NCBI GenBank assembly: GCA_965235115.1
Contig: OZ249437.1
Location: forward strand, 47,740,001 to 47,804,000
Length of the DNA: 64,000 nt
Source: Laetmonice hystrix
Taxonomy: Eukaryota
Direction of reading: 5' to 3'
Under the pieces are notes generated by a model. The model did no database searches, was not told the DNA's origin, and saw only the letters and a program-made list of their open reading frames with translations. Shown one piece after another: positions 41,286-53,529 of this stretch. A program made the position numbers and the translations under genes. Position 1 is the stretch's first letter, and each line of letters starts with the position of its first letter.

Positions 41286-41896
41286 ATGAACAATATCTGT
41301 GCATACGGAGAGTCATATTGTGCCTCACTGCATCATTCACACATGAACAATGTTATTCTGTGCATATGGGTAGTCATACTGTGTGTGCCTCACTGCGTCA
41401 TTCACACATGAACAATGTTATTCTGTGCATATGGGTAGTCATACAGTGTGTGCCTCACTGCGTCATTCACACATGAACAATGTTATTCTGTGCATATGGG
41501 TAGTCATACAGTGTGTGCCTCACTGCATCATTCACACACGACGAATGTTATTCTGTGCATATGGGTAGGTCATACTGTGTGTGCCTCACTGCATCATTCA
41601 CACATGAACAATGTTATTCTGTGCATATGGGTAGTCATACAGTGTGTGCCTCACTGCATCATTCACACACGACGAATGTTATTCTGTGCATATGGGTAGG
41701 TCATACTGTGTGTGCCTCACTGCATCATTCACACATGAACAATGTTATACTGTGCATATGGGTAGTCATACTGTGTGTGCCTCACTGCATCATTCACACA
41801 TGACGAATGTTATTCTGTGCATATGGGTAGGTCATACTGTGTGTGCTTCACTGCATCATTCACACATGAACAATATCTGTACATACGGATAGTCAT
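41286..41896. repeat. Minisatellite, 65-66-bp unit, about 9 copies
   Basis: The GCCTCACTG core (GCTTCACTG in the last copy) starts at 41322, 41387, 41452, 41517, 41583, 41648, 41714, 41779 and 41845. Confidence 0.97.
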
Positions 41897-42043
41897 GCTC
41901 TGACTCTATGTTGCTGAATGGTTGAAAATAAACTGGAATATGCCGCATCTGCAATTTTTTAATATGCTGACATTGTTTGGGCATAAAAAAAATTAATAAA
42001 GCGAGTGGTTAAAACAGGTGAATGAAGGTTAGAGGTGTCTTAC

Positions 42044-42165
42044 CAGGGCCTGGAGGTCGTACATCTCCGACAGGTGCGTCCAGATCTGGCTCGAGGAGAT
42101 CTTTCTCGATATTGAGTTGTTCAGTTTGTCGTGGATGAATACCATTTGGAAGTGACGGTTCACGC
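42044..42165 (-). CDS. MRGBP: Internal coding exon of MRG/MORF4L-binding protein (Eaf7/CT20 family, NuA4/TIP60 complex subunit), equivalent to vertebrate exon 2
   Basis: Minus strand reads ttttgtttcttgattccag|GC GTG AAC...GCC CTG|gtaaga. The exon is 122 nt with a canonical acceptor and donor, phase 1 in and phase 0 out. It translates to (G)VNRHFQMVFIHDKLNNSISRKISSSQIWTHLSEMYDLQAL, which aligns without gaps to my recollection of human MRGBP [41 protein letters not shown]. Confidence 0.93.
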
Positions 42166-43693
42166 CTGGAATCAAGAAACAAAATCTATTAATTTATCAA
42201 AGATCTCACCAACGCCATACTAACTGTTTTACACTGAAATTATACTAGAAAATAAAGCCTTTTCATGATAGACATGTGTTGGGAATTTTGTGATATAAAT
42301 ACCAAGCAATCCTTTAACAGCGGAGAAATATTATTGGACACATTGTTACAAAGTGATCAAGTAGTCACGGTTGTCAAATGGTTTGCCACTATAAATTCAT
42401 GTAGTGATAATGCCAAGGAGTCAGTCAGCAGCCTTTAATGCATGTTAATACTTCACACTCAATTAGCACCCCTTTATATATTATTCATCCCACCATGGTA
42501 AAGGAAGAATGATGACAAGAGAGAAATACTTTTGCACAGACCTTATGATTTATTCAACTGCCAAATTTCAAATTATCGTTTAGTTCGACTTATAATAAGC
42601 TGTGGTACTGTTTGTACTGTATACTATATGACTTCTTCTGTTTTTGGCAGGGCCACTGTCTCAAGTTTAAGAAGCTATTCAGTCTACTTCTAAAAGCTCG
42701 TCTAACTTTCAGAAAAAGGACCTGCCATACAAACTTGAGTTTATCTTAGACTATCTGCGGTAAATATTCAAGTATCATTATAGGAAATAACCGCTGATAG
42801 TGTCTGTCTGGTGTCCGCCCGTTTTCCTACTGAATCTTTAGGCCAAAATTCACAATTACCGCACCATCCTCATGAATACCACGCACACCGGTAATGGTGC
42901 TGGTAATAAAAACGGCACACTGCCGAAAAGGCACAAACTGATAAGGGTAAGGAAATTAAATTTAAAATTGCGCGATGGCGGCAGGGGGTGGGGAAGAGGC
43001 ATTAATATTTCGTATCAGCGAGAATTTTATTCTGTGCATCTGTTAGACAAAAGCCTTCGATTAAGGCTTTCAGTTTAATTAGCCTTCAAGAACAGAATCT
43101 TCTGATTTGATTCTGCTTAGGTGCAATTTTAAGTTCATTCTGTTTTATTCTGAGTGACTGCTTAGTAAGTAGACATCGTGAAGATATGGTACAGATAAGT
43201 GTTACAAAAAGGAAGAAGAATTTTAAGAGTAAATCAGACTACGTAATATGGCATCCATAGCCTGTATGGTCAACCTTGCCCCTGTGTCTGAGCTAAATTC
43301 CACGAAAGTAGAGCTACCTTAAGTGAGTGAAAGTCATTACAAGCGATACCAAACACGGAAACAAAAAAGTAGCTGAAAGCCGCTTTATCGGCCATGCCTG
43401 TCTCCACACAAGTAGGACTGGGGAGCCCAGGCAATTACACATAAGAGCGGGCACTAGACACGGTCTGGGGAAACGCTCACGTGCTCGTCAGCCTGGCTTA
43501 CCCTTCACTGACCACTGGTCAAGAGTCAGTTTTACTTGCCCCTTGACTGACCACTGGTCAAGAGGAACTAACAGTTTGACTCCCCACTTGTAATCGTCGA
43601 TGCAGTCCTAAACCCGGTGTCCATTGGATGGTTACCCAGTGGATTATGCGAGTGGGCCGTTTCAGCATCCAAATATGGTTTGACCCCGACACT

Positions 43694-44385
43694 TTACCGA
43701 CACATCAGGTAACAGTGGATATGGGTGTCCCCATAGTTACCGACACATCAGGTAACAGTGGATATGGGTGATTCTCTCTGACGATGGCCTGTCCCCATAG
43801 TTACCGACACATCAGTTAAAAGTGAATATGGGTGATTCTCTCTGACGATGGCCTGTCCCCATAGTTACTGACACATCAGGTAACAGTGGATATGGGTGAT
43901 TCTCTCTGACGATGGCCTGTCCCCATAGTTACTGACACATCAGGTAACAGTGGACATGGGTGATTCTCTCTGACGATGGCCTGTCCCCATAGTTACCGAC
44001 ACATCAGGTAACAGTGGACATGGGTGATTCTCTCTGACGATGGCCTGTCCCCATAGTTACCGACACATCAGGTAACAGTGGACATGGGTGATTCTCTGTC
44101 CCCATAGTTACCGACACATCAGGTAACAGTGGACATGGGTGATTCTCTGTCCCCATAGTTACCGACACATCAGGTAACAGTGGATATGGGTGATTCTCTC
44201 TGACGATGGCCTGTCCCCATAGTTACCGACACATCAGGTAACAGTGGACATGCGTGATTCTCTGTCCCCATAGTTACCGACACATCAGGTAACAGTGGAC
44301 ATGGGTGATTCTCTGTCCCCATAGTTACCGACACACAGGTAACAGTAACATGGGTGATTCTCTCTGACGATTGCCTGCCCCCATA
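43694..44385. repeat. Minisatellite with 64-bp and 51-bp unit variants, about 11 copies
   Basis: CCCCATAGTTAC recurs with spacings 64,64,64,64,64,51,51,64,51,51. The short form lacks a 13-bp CTGACGATGGCCT-type segment. Confidence 0.97.
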
Positions 44386-45749
44386 ATGGCCAGAAACTTT
44401 TGAAGCACTCGTAAGGACGTATATAAGCTCCACGAAACCCACGAAAGTCAAAGTGAAAGTAAGAACTGTTTGGCCAAGAAGGAGCCAATTCAATGATTCA
44501 ATTATGTTTTAGAACGGGTAAATCACAGGACACAGAAATACGCAAAATGATTTTGGTCAAATAATAGTTATAAATGAGCTACAAGCAGGTACGTAAAGCA
44601 GGCCTACAGGCGGTCAAAATAGACCTAACAATTGAAGATAATGAACGAAATACAGATTTGATCAAGCAAGTTATATGAAGGAGCGTATACTTAGGGTACA
44701 TTATGACAATAAATATTTTATTTGACAACGGCACTTTAAGACACCGACTCCCCCCTCAAGAGGCCGCCATCTGTCCCAGCCCCATCTGGTAATGAAGGAC
44801 AGGTACTTAAACATCGTATCAATCAAACCTATCCACTATTCCTCCTACTATTTATCAGGGTTTGACCAAATTTGGTCAATTTGGGTTTTACGAAAGCTGG
44901 GCATCGTTGACTACCTTGGTCAAAGTTGACCAAATGTGGTCAAATTTATCAATGACATAATTCCATCGAGGGAGTAAAATAGCACCCTACAGATAACTAC
45001 TAAAATACCTCAACTACAGGCCCAATAATACTTTTTATCCAGGTTCATCACCTAGTCAACAGACATCTCTATTGTTAACCCTGTTACAGCTAAAACCGCT
45101 AATAGCTACCATACAGCCCTTCTGTTTTAAACATATTTTTACCTAAACTATTTTTGAAGAGATCCGGGTTTGTTTTAACACGTCCACGCCACGCTAGAGC
45201 TCTACCATGTGGGTTCTGTCTAACTCGATATACTCTACCCTTTACTTCCATCACATCGTGTCCATTCCTTGAGCCAGCGACGGCTGCCGTGACAATGTCA
45301 CGGCTGGTCTAAAATGCACAATGAGCTGAGGTTCATTATATCCGACCACTAATGAGATCAAGGTTGCCACAATAATCGTCACCCCCCCCCCCCCCCCCCC
45401 CCCCACTAGCTCTATCGACCGTGTTTGCGGGCCCTCTCCACTGCCGACTAGATGTTGGTGTGGAGTTCGGGAGACGATCTCTGACGGTTGAACGTCTATC
45501 GAACCCCTTCTGTTTTCTGTCATCTCCCTCGACCTGGCTGCAGGCAATATAACGACTCACAGCTAACTAATGGGTTCGGCTTTCCATGTTCGGGGGAAAC
45601 AGGCCTTGGCTCACAGACATGTTCTGTCAGACAGCTGTGTCCATAACCGCTTACAATAACGGTGGGAAATCAGCACGCTCAATAGAACGGCTGCTGTTCC
45701 CGCTGTAGCGGCCCCAAGCTATGTATATTCCAGACCTCCCAATAAGTCT

Positions 45750-46330
45750 TAAACCCCAATCAAACAACGAAGCCCCTCCAGAGTACCAGATATCTTCGGG
45801 TAAAAGGCAATTGTTCCCGTTCTGGATTTTGTCCTGAAGATGCCGTCTACCAAAGATAAAGCGTGACTAAAATTCCACTTTTCCTGAATTCTAAGTCTTT
45901 CCTCTAAGTGAGCGCAGTGCCGACCCCTATTTGCAATACATGCTTGAGCCTGGGGAGGAATCTGGAACTGCAGAATAACTACGCATAGTTTCTTCATTAT
46001 TGAGGGGAAGGAGATTTTTCTCTCGTCCCAACGAAAGCCCCTGTTATGCTGTGGGAACGGTCAGCCTTTGCCATGTAAACGGTGCCAGCCAGCCTGGACC
46101 AGGCCGCCAGAAGCCTACCAGGAGGCCCAATCCATGTTAGCAGCTTGCCACTGGCAGACACGCCCCAATCCTTGCCATAGATCTCTGGCCTTTCTAACTA
46201 AGCCGTTTATCCCTGCGCGAACCGTCAACGATCCCAACACCAGACAGCGAACATGGTCACCAACAGACTACACTCAACTGGAAAGTGGAAATCGGATCCA
46301 CGTTGTCAATGAGGTACTCCGTCAATATCC
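45750..46330 (-). mobile_element. Decayed PIF/Harbinger (HARBI1-like DDE) transposase remnant
   Basis: Minus strand has IQEKWNFSHALSLVDG (compare KWNFPHxxGAxDG). It is preceded in order by ISFPSIMKKLC, a frameshifted FR(V)GR, RY(M)A(T)G and YLIDNVDPI, matching the HTH-to-DDE layout. Confidence 0.5.
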
Positions 46331-46984
46331 ATCTTCCTCCATCATTCGGTACCTTTCATATTTCATAACTCAGCTGACTCACAAGGATACAGTTTAGAAG
46401 GTTGGGCCAACAATCTACCGTCATCATTTTTCCCTGGGGACTTGCAGTGCACATTTTTACCAACGTAAAATTGCCTCACATTGCTGTTCCTGCTGTCAGT
46501 ATAGCAGAGCTCTAGTGACAGTTTGCATAACTATTTCTCCAGAGTACTGCAGACATTTCGTCCTGTTCTCACGCTCGCATGGAATGAATCTCCGCTAAAG
46601 ACTGTCGTGTTCTTCCTCTTCAAGGAAGTTCGTGAACATATCTCTTGGCGACATCATCCAATGACATTTTTCACCCGATCTCCAACATATCATGAATAAC
46701 TTAGCCAGACACGGATACATCTTCATACATGCAACTAATGATACGGTAACCTTCATTAATTCATTAATCCTTTCAAAGAAAACTGATAATTATAACAAAA
46801 CCATTTAGGAAGGCCAGATAATTTATGTATGAGCACTGGGATAGACCCTATAAAACGGAATATAAATTTGTATATCAGTCAGTTAACGTTCTCGGGTTCT
46901 GCAAGAGTTCATTCTGACTCGAGTATAACAGGAAAATTTCTCTTCAAGCGGCGGCACTCTACCAAACATGTGGCACATACCCTA

Positions 46985-47758
46985 ACATACCGCTCAACCT
47001 TACACGGTGTCTTAAAACGCCCACCCTCACATACAGCTCATCCTTACACGGTGTCTTAAAACGTCCACTCTCGCATACCGCTCATCCTTACACAGTGTCT
47101 TAAAACGTCCACTCTCACATACAGCTCATCCTTACACGGTGTCTTAAAACGTCCACTCTCACATACAGCTCATCCTTACACGGTGTCTTAAAACGTCCAC
47201 TCTCACATACAGCTCATCCTTACACGGTGTCTTAAAACGTCCACTCTCACATACAGCTCATCCTTACACGGTGTCTTAAAACGTCCACTCTCACATACCG
47301 CTCATCCTTACACGGTGTCTTAAAACTCTCACATACAGCTCATCCTTACACGGTGTCTTAAAACGTCCACTCTCACATACAGCTCATCCTTACACGGTGT
47401 CTTAAAACTCTCACATACCGCTCATCCTTACACGGTGTCTTAAAACGTCCACTCTCACATACAGCTCATCCTTACACGGTGTCTTAAAACGTCCACTCTC
47501 ACATACAGCTCATCCTTACACGGTGTCTTAAAACTCTCACATACAGCTCATCCTTACACGGTGTCTTAAAACGTCCACTCTCACATACAGCTCATCCTTA
47601 CACGGTGTCTTAAAACTCTCACATACCGCTCATCCTTACACGGTGTCTTAAAACGTCCACTCTCACATACAGCTCATCCTTACACGGTGTCTTAAAACGT
47701 CTACCCTCACATACCGCTCATCCTTACACGGTGTCTTAAAACGTCCACTCTCACATAC
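46985..47758. repeat. Minisatellite, 44-bp unit with a 38-bp deletion variant, about 18 copies
   Basis: CTTACACGGTGTCTTAAAAC(GTCCAC)TCTCACATAC(A/C)GCTCATC in tandem. Confidence 0.97.
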
Positions 47759-48378
47759 GGTTATTATCACTCAGTACTAATGAACGTTGGCCGTCTCTGA
47801 GGGATACACCTCGACTGTTTTATCTCCCGTCAATGGGAGGTGATGCATGTAAATGGTCTTGCGTCGGAATAACCAGACCGTAAATCTTGTCGCTGATGGC
47901 GGGTCTAACAGCCTATCACCATCAACTTTTTTAATAGTTACTTTTCAAGCTTGATAGGAATTCGTATGAGCTGGATCATACTAATGTTGTTGTAAGGCAA
48001 CTGAATTTTACTCGACTGTTTAATAATCTATCTGAAATAGGGAGTTGTACATACATGTATACACCAAATACAAGACTACTAATTTCAGGATGCGCTTTGC
48101 TTTCGCTTCTTAAATGCGGACAGATAAGCCTTTATGGCGGGAAATGTGTCATAATGTTATGGAAACTGTTAACATTCATTTGTAAAGATCTCGCCATAAG
48201 AAACACAAGAGGCAGGTCTGAACTGGAGCAATATTGGGATTAGAATCATGTAATTCTCCCTCGAGGCAGTTGTAAACGTAACCCATCAAAGCCCATGTTA
48301 AAAAATCAACTTCATCTTTCATCACCTGCACACATCAACAACTGCAGCCGTACACGCAAGAGTTTGCGTTTCACTTTA

Positions 48379-48474
48379 GCTGCACAACAAAGATGTTCTG
48401 TTTAGCTGTGAAGCCACAGACCAAGGCTGCACAACAAAGATGTTCTGTTTAGATGTGAAGCCATAGACCAAGGC
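48379..48474. repeat. 47-bp tandem duplication
   Basis: GCTGCACAACAAAGATGTTCTGTTTAG...GACCAAG at 48379 and 48426. Confidence 0.9.
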
Positions 48475-48799
48475 CAAGTCCTGTCGTAATTTTATATATA
48501 GAAGTGATCAATAATACCTCGAGCAGACAGTATTCGGAGGCTGTGACAGGACGACTGATGATGAAAGCGGTGTACCCTGAAGGCTGGACAGGAGAGTGTG
48601 TCCGTGTACAGACTGACGACCAACCCGTTCTATGTTTTCTTTATTGCAGTCACTATGCAAACTCTACTTGGATGAGGTATGGACAAGTTCACACCGCTAC
48701 GATAGCCGAATCCTGTCCAGTACAAAGGTACTGATGTTGATCAAGATACCGAAGCTCATAGTGTAGACGAATGGACGAACCACTCTGTAGTAGCGGCCC

Positions 48800-49400
48800 C
48801 ATACATGCATCACGTCTTACACCGTTCCTAAACGGCTCGGCAAGTCTGCAGCTGACCATCTGAATGGGTATTTTTCTCCGACTCTCATCAAATATTCTGC
48901 CGAATGTGCTTTATCAAGGCTCGGTTGTAGAATCAGTTCCGGAGAGCCGACAGAGGGCGTGACGGGTCATAACGCCCAGCGTGCTGACTGCACATACCGT
49001 AGTATGCGATACAGTGGAGACCACCTTTTGACAAAATGCCCCGGAGATATCAACAAAATCCGTTTCATAAATTGCCATACTTTTTTCCAATTATGATGTG
49101 GAAAACAATTCTGTTTTACTACGATCATTTCCATTGGCTTGAGACACGAGTATTTTCCAATGTTCCCAGTGCAGCTGTCACCGAAATGAGTTGGCATTTT
49201 CAGGAGATTGCGCACGCAATATGTGGGGCCTACGGGTATGCTGAACCGATGGGTTGCGGGCCATTCTCTAGCAGGCCACGCATATAGTATATCATCAGCA
49301 TAAATTACCACTGATAAATGAATCTGTATGGACCGTGGGCCGTCACTATTCTCACACCCAGCTGAGTGCACCTTAGGGTGGACGAGTCTGAGAGGTTTAC
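48800..49400 (-). mobile_element. LINE (CR1/L2-like) RT C-terminal remnant
   Basis: The 178-aa ORF contains GP...VVIYADDILY (RT catalytic YADD), then GKYSCL and LYRIL..Y...W. A frameshifted LQNRA-like motif follows downstream. Confidence 0.5.
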
Positions 49401-49541
49401 ACCTCGAGATTACGCTGGGATAGGAATAGATTAACGGACTAGCCAGCTTTCTCACGGTAATTATGGTAATCCCGGGAGCGCACGCTACTCCATTGTAGGT
49501 CACCTATAAACGATCCGTTCAGACAAGTAGCTGACTGTATT

Positions 49542-49794
49542 CAGGGGCGTATCCAGACATTTTTTAAGGTTTTTTTTTTCGAAGTTTAGGTAATTCAGAG
49601 ATGGCCATTAGGCCATGCTCCTCTAGGAAATTTAACAAAAAGACATCAAATAATGCAATCTCGGGACATCTTGTGCGGAAATATGAATGTTTCCTTTGGC
49701 ACCCCCTTTTTACCTAAATGTCCTTAACAAAGTAATTTTTAAGGGGGGGGGGGGGGTTCCGGGATACTTGGAAACCCCCCTGGATACGCCACTG
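49542..49794. mobile_element. MITE with 15-bp TIRs
   Basis: CAGGGGCGTATCCAG...CTGGATACGCCACTG (1 mismatch), flanked on both sides by GTATT. Confidence 0.75.
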
Positions 49795-50038
49795 GTATTT
49801 AATAAATAACAGATACCGTGACGTCCTCTTGTACAGAACTACTGGGGGTCAAGTCAGACCCACCAACATAAGCGTAAAGTCATCAAAACACTCACCCAGT
49901 CAGACAAGTTCTAAGCACAGCTTATAGAGCAGACGTTACTATACGCCCTATTTAGGAACAGAGAAAAGAAGTTCTGAAGCACCAATAATGCAAGCGAAGG
50001 TACTGTAATGATGCGGCATGCAGCCAAGGGGGGTTAGG

Positions 50039-50257
50039 CCTAATGCGGTATATCGCCCATGATAACTTAAACCCCACGAAATTTGGTGGAAAGTAAAGAT
50101 CCATGGCCCTGACCTTATCCCTAACCCCAAACCCCAGTCCCTACACCTCCCAAAAACATATCCCTATCCTATCCCTATCCCTATCCTTGACCTTAACCCT
50201 AACCCCTGCCCAAACATTTCGTGGAAAGTTATCATGGGGGAAGAACCCCTAATGCGG
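50039..50257. mobile_element. Non-autonomous element with inverted repeats around a (CCCTAW)n core
   Basis: CCCATGATAACTT..CCACGAAAT (50056-50082) is inverted relative to ATTTCGTGG.AAGTTATCATGGG (50216-50238). The interior has CCCTAT/CCCTAA repeats, and CCTAATGCGG occurs at both ends. Confidence 0.5.
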
Positions 50258-51426
50258 CCACATGCGGCAAGACAGGATGTGAAACCCAAAGGAAACGAAC
50301 GAGTAATCTCATACAGACAGTGACAGACAGTTGAACTGTTTTTGCTGACTTGTGACCAGTACATTCTGATTGCATCCCCGCTGCCTTTTAAGATTTGCTG
50401 CAATTTTTCTTTGTCTTTGAAAAACATTCTTTCCCATCCCTCACCTCCACCCCAACGGCTGGAAAGTCAAAGTCCCTCGCTAATGAAACACACTTGCCTG
50501 AAAAGTGGCAGGCACAGGCTCGTATCATGTTCCTCCGTAATTGGACTTGAAATATCACCCCTTCCTACAGACCTGGCCTCGCCACAGGGGCTCCACTTAC
50601 CAGAGAACGACGCGGAGTTTTTCAGCCTACCTCAGGAGGGAAAAATTAGGGACAGAACACTGAGGAAAAAACTTCTTGCATGGGTGGCTTTACTGAAGAC
50701 CTTCAGAGCCACTTGAGAAGAGAGTAAAACGTTATACCAAGCGTTAGAGGAAGCGGTCTATCTGTGAATGCTGTGAATGGCGCCAGCAACACAAACATGA
50801 CAGCACTTTGCCGACGGTCCGTACCTTGGTGGGAAGATAGGTAGTATCTTGCTTCAAGTGGCTGATAATGCCGTTGCTGTACTGCCAATAATTTGATGGT
50901 GATGGCTGATAGAGCAGCTACTCCCTCTCCAAAGCACACTCATCCCTAGCACAGAGCACCGACCAGATAGCACGACACCCCAGTTCAGACAGTCAGTTAG
51001 CAAACCTAATGACGCAGACATGGCCCACTACCACTCGGCCTTGCACGAAAGAAATGTCAAGACTTGCAGCCGTAACATGCCAACTGATGGCCAGTGACTG
51101 CAACAGAACATGACAACTAAGCTAACGCTTTGACAAAACCCGACATTTCTCAGACGATAGACTATAAAGGAACTGTTTCTGCGACGTACACGTATTTCCT
51201 AGTTGATTGAACACAGCCGTACTCATTTGCCTGATATGAAAGGATGTGACAGATGGTTTATACGCCTGGCTTCTGTTAGATTGTGAGTAAAGTGAAACCA
51301 AATAAACGCCTCTTCTTCTGCTCTTGCACAGTATATCTTCTTCAGCTACATCCTCAGGTTATCCTTACCTTGTTCCTAACTTAAATAATGAAATATTCCG
51401 GTTTAAATAATCAATCGAGGCAATAT

Positions 51427-53529
51427 GATCTGTCTACAGCCTTGGCATGGTTGGAGCAGTCCCAGTCAATCTGTCTACAGCCTTGGCATGGTTGGAGTAG
51501 TCCCATTTGATCTGTCTACAGCCTTGGCATGGTTGGAGTAGTCCCATTCGATCTGTCTATAGCCTTGGCATGGTTGGAGTAGTCCCATTCGATCTGTCTA
51601 TAGCCTTGGCATGGTTGGAGTAGTCCCATTCGATCTGTCTATAGCCTTGGCATGGTTGGAGTAGTCCCATTCGATCTGTCTATAGCCTTGGCATGGTTGG
51701 AGTAGTCCCATTCGATCTGTCTATAGCCTTGGCATGGTTGGAGTAGTCCCATTCGATCTGTCTACAGCCTTGGCTACAGCCTTGGCATGGTTGGAGTAGT
51801 CCCATTTGATCTGTCTATAGCCTTGGCATGGTTGGAGTAGTCCCATTCGATCTGTCTATAGCCTTGGCATGGTTGGAGTAGTCCCATTCGATCTGTCTAT
51901 AGCCTTGGCATGGTTGGAGTAGTCCCATTCGATCTGCCTTCAGCCTTGGCATGGTTGGAGTAGTCCCATTCGATCTGTCTATAGCCTTGGCATGGTTGGA
52001 GTAGTCCCATTCGATCTGTCTACAGCCTTGGCATGGTTGGAGTAGTCCCATTCGATCTGTCTATAGCCTTGGCATGGTTGGAGTAGTCCCATTCGATCTG
52101 TCTATAGCCTTGGCATGGTTGGAGTAGTCCCATTCGATCTGCCTACAGCCTTGGCATGGTTGGAGTAGTCCCATTCGATCTGTCTATAGCCTTGGCATGG
52201 TTGGAGTCGTCCCATTCGATCTGTCTATAGCCTTGGCATGGTTGGAGTAGTCCCATTCGATCTGCCTTCAGCCTTGGCATGGTTGGAGTAGTCCCATTCG
52301 ATCTGTCTACAGCCTTGGCATGGTTGGAGTAGTCCCAGTCAATCTGTCTACAGCCTTGGCATGGTTGGAGTCGTCCCATTCGATCTGTCTACAGCCTTGG
52401 CATGGTTGGAGTAGTCCCATTTGATCTGTCTATAGCCTTGGCATGGTTGGAGTAGTCCCATTCGATCTGCCTTCAGCCTTGGCATGGTTGGAGTAGTCCC
52501 ATTCGATCTGTCTACAGCCTTGGCATGGTTGGGGTAGTCCCATTCGATCTGCCTACAGCCTTGGCATGGTTGGAGTAGTCCAATTCGATCTATCTACAGC
52601 CTTGACATGGTTGGAGTAGTCCCAGTCAATCTGTCTACAGCCTTGGCATGGTTGAAGTAGTCCCATTCGATCTGTCTACAACCTTGGCATGTTTGGAGTA
52701 GTCCCATTCGATCTGTCTACAGCCTTGGCATGGTTGGAGTAGTCCCATTTGATCTGTCTACAGCCTTGGCATGGTTGGAGTAGTCCCATTCGATCTGCCT
52801 ACAGCCTTGGCATGGTTGGAGTAGTCCCATTCGATCTGCCTACAGCCTTGGCATGGTTGGAGTAGTCCCATTCGATCTGTCTACAGCCTTGGCATGGTTG
52901 GAGTAGTCCCAGTCAATCTGTCTACAGCCTTGGCATGGTTGGGGTAGTCCCAGTCAATCTGTCTACAGCCTTGGCATGGTTGGAGTAGTCCCATTCGATC
53001 TGTCTACATCCTTGGCATGGTTGGAGTCGTCCCATTCGATCTGTCTATAGCCTTGGCATGGTTGGAGTAGTCCCATTTGATCTGTCTACAGCCTTGGCAT
53101 GGTTGGGGTAGTCCCATTCGATCTGTCTACAGCCTTGGCATGGTTGGAGTAGTCCCATTTGATCTGTCTACAGCCTTGGCATGGTTGGAGTAGTCCCATT
53201 CGATCTGCCTACAGCCTTGGCATGGTTGGAGTAGTCCCATTCGATCTGTCTACAGCCTTGGCATGGTTGGAGTAGTCCCATTCGATCTGCCTACAGCCTT
53301 GGCATGGTTGGAGTAGTCCCATTCGATCTGCCTACAGCCTTGGCATGGTTGGAGTAGTCCCATTCGATCTGTCTACAGCCTTGGCATGGTTGGAGTAGTC
53401 CCATTCGATCTGCCTACAGCCTTGGCATGGTTGGGGTAGTCCCATTCGATCTGCCTTCAGCCTTGGCATGGCTGGAGTAGTCCCATTCGATCTGTCTACA
53501 GCCTTGGCATGGTTGGAGTAGCCCCATTC
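51427..53529. repeat. Minisatellite, 41-bp unit, 51 copies
   Basis: GATCTGTCTA(C/T)AGCCTTGGCATGGTTGGAGTAGTCCCATTC in tandem. Length 2103 = 51x41 plus one 12-bp internal duplication near 51763-51786. Confidence 0.98.

Noticed and set aside
50100-50210. Interstitial telomere or chromosome-fusion scar
   Set aside because: Few exact CCCTAA units, mostly CCCTAT variants, and enclosed by inverted repeats typical of a small TE.
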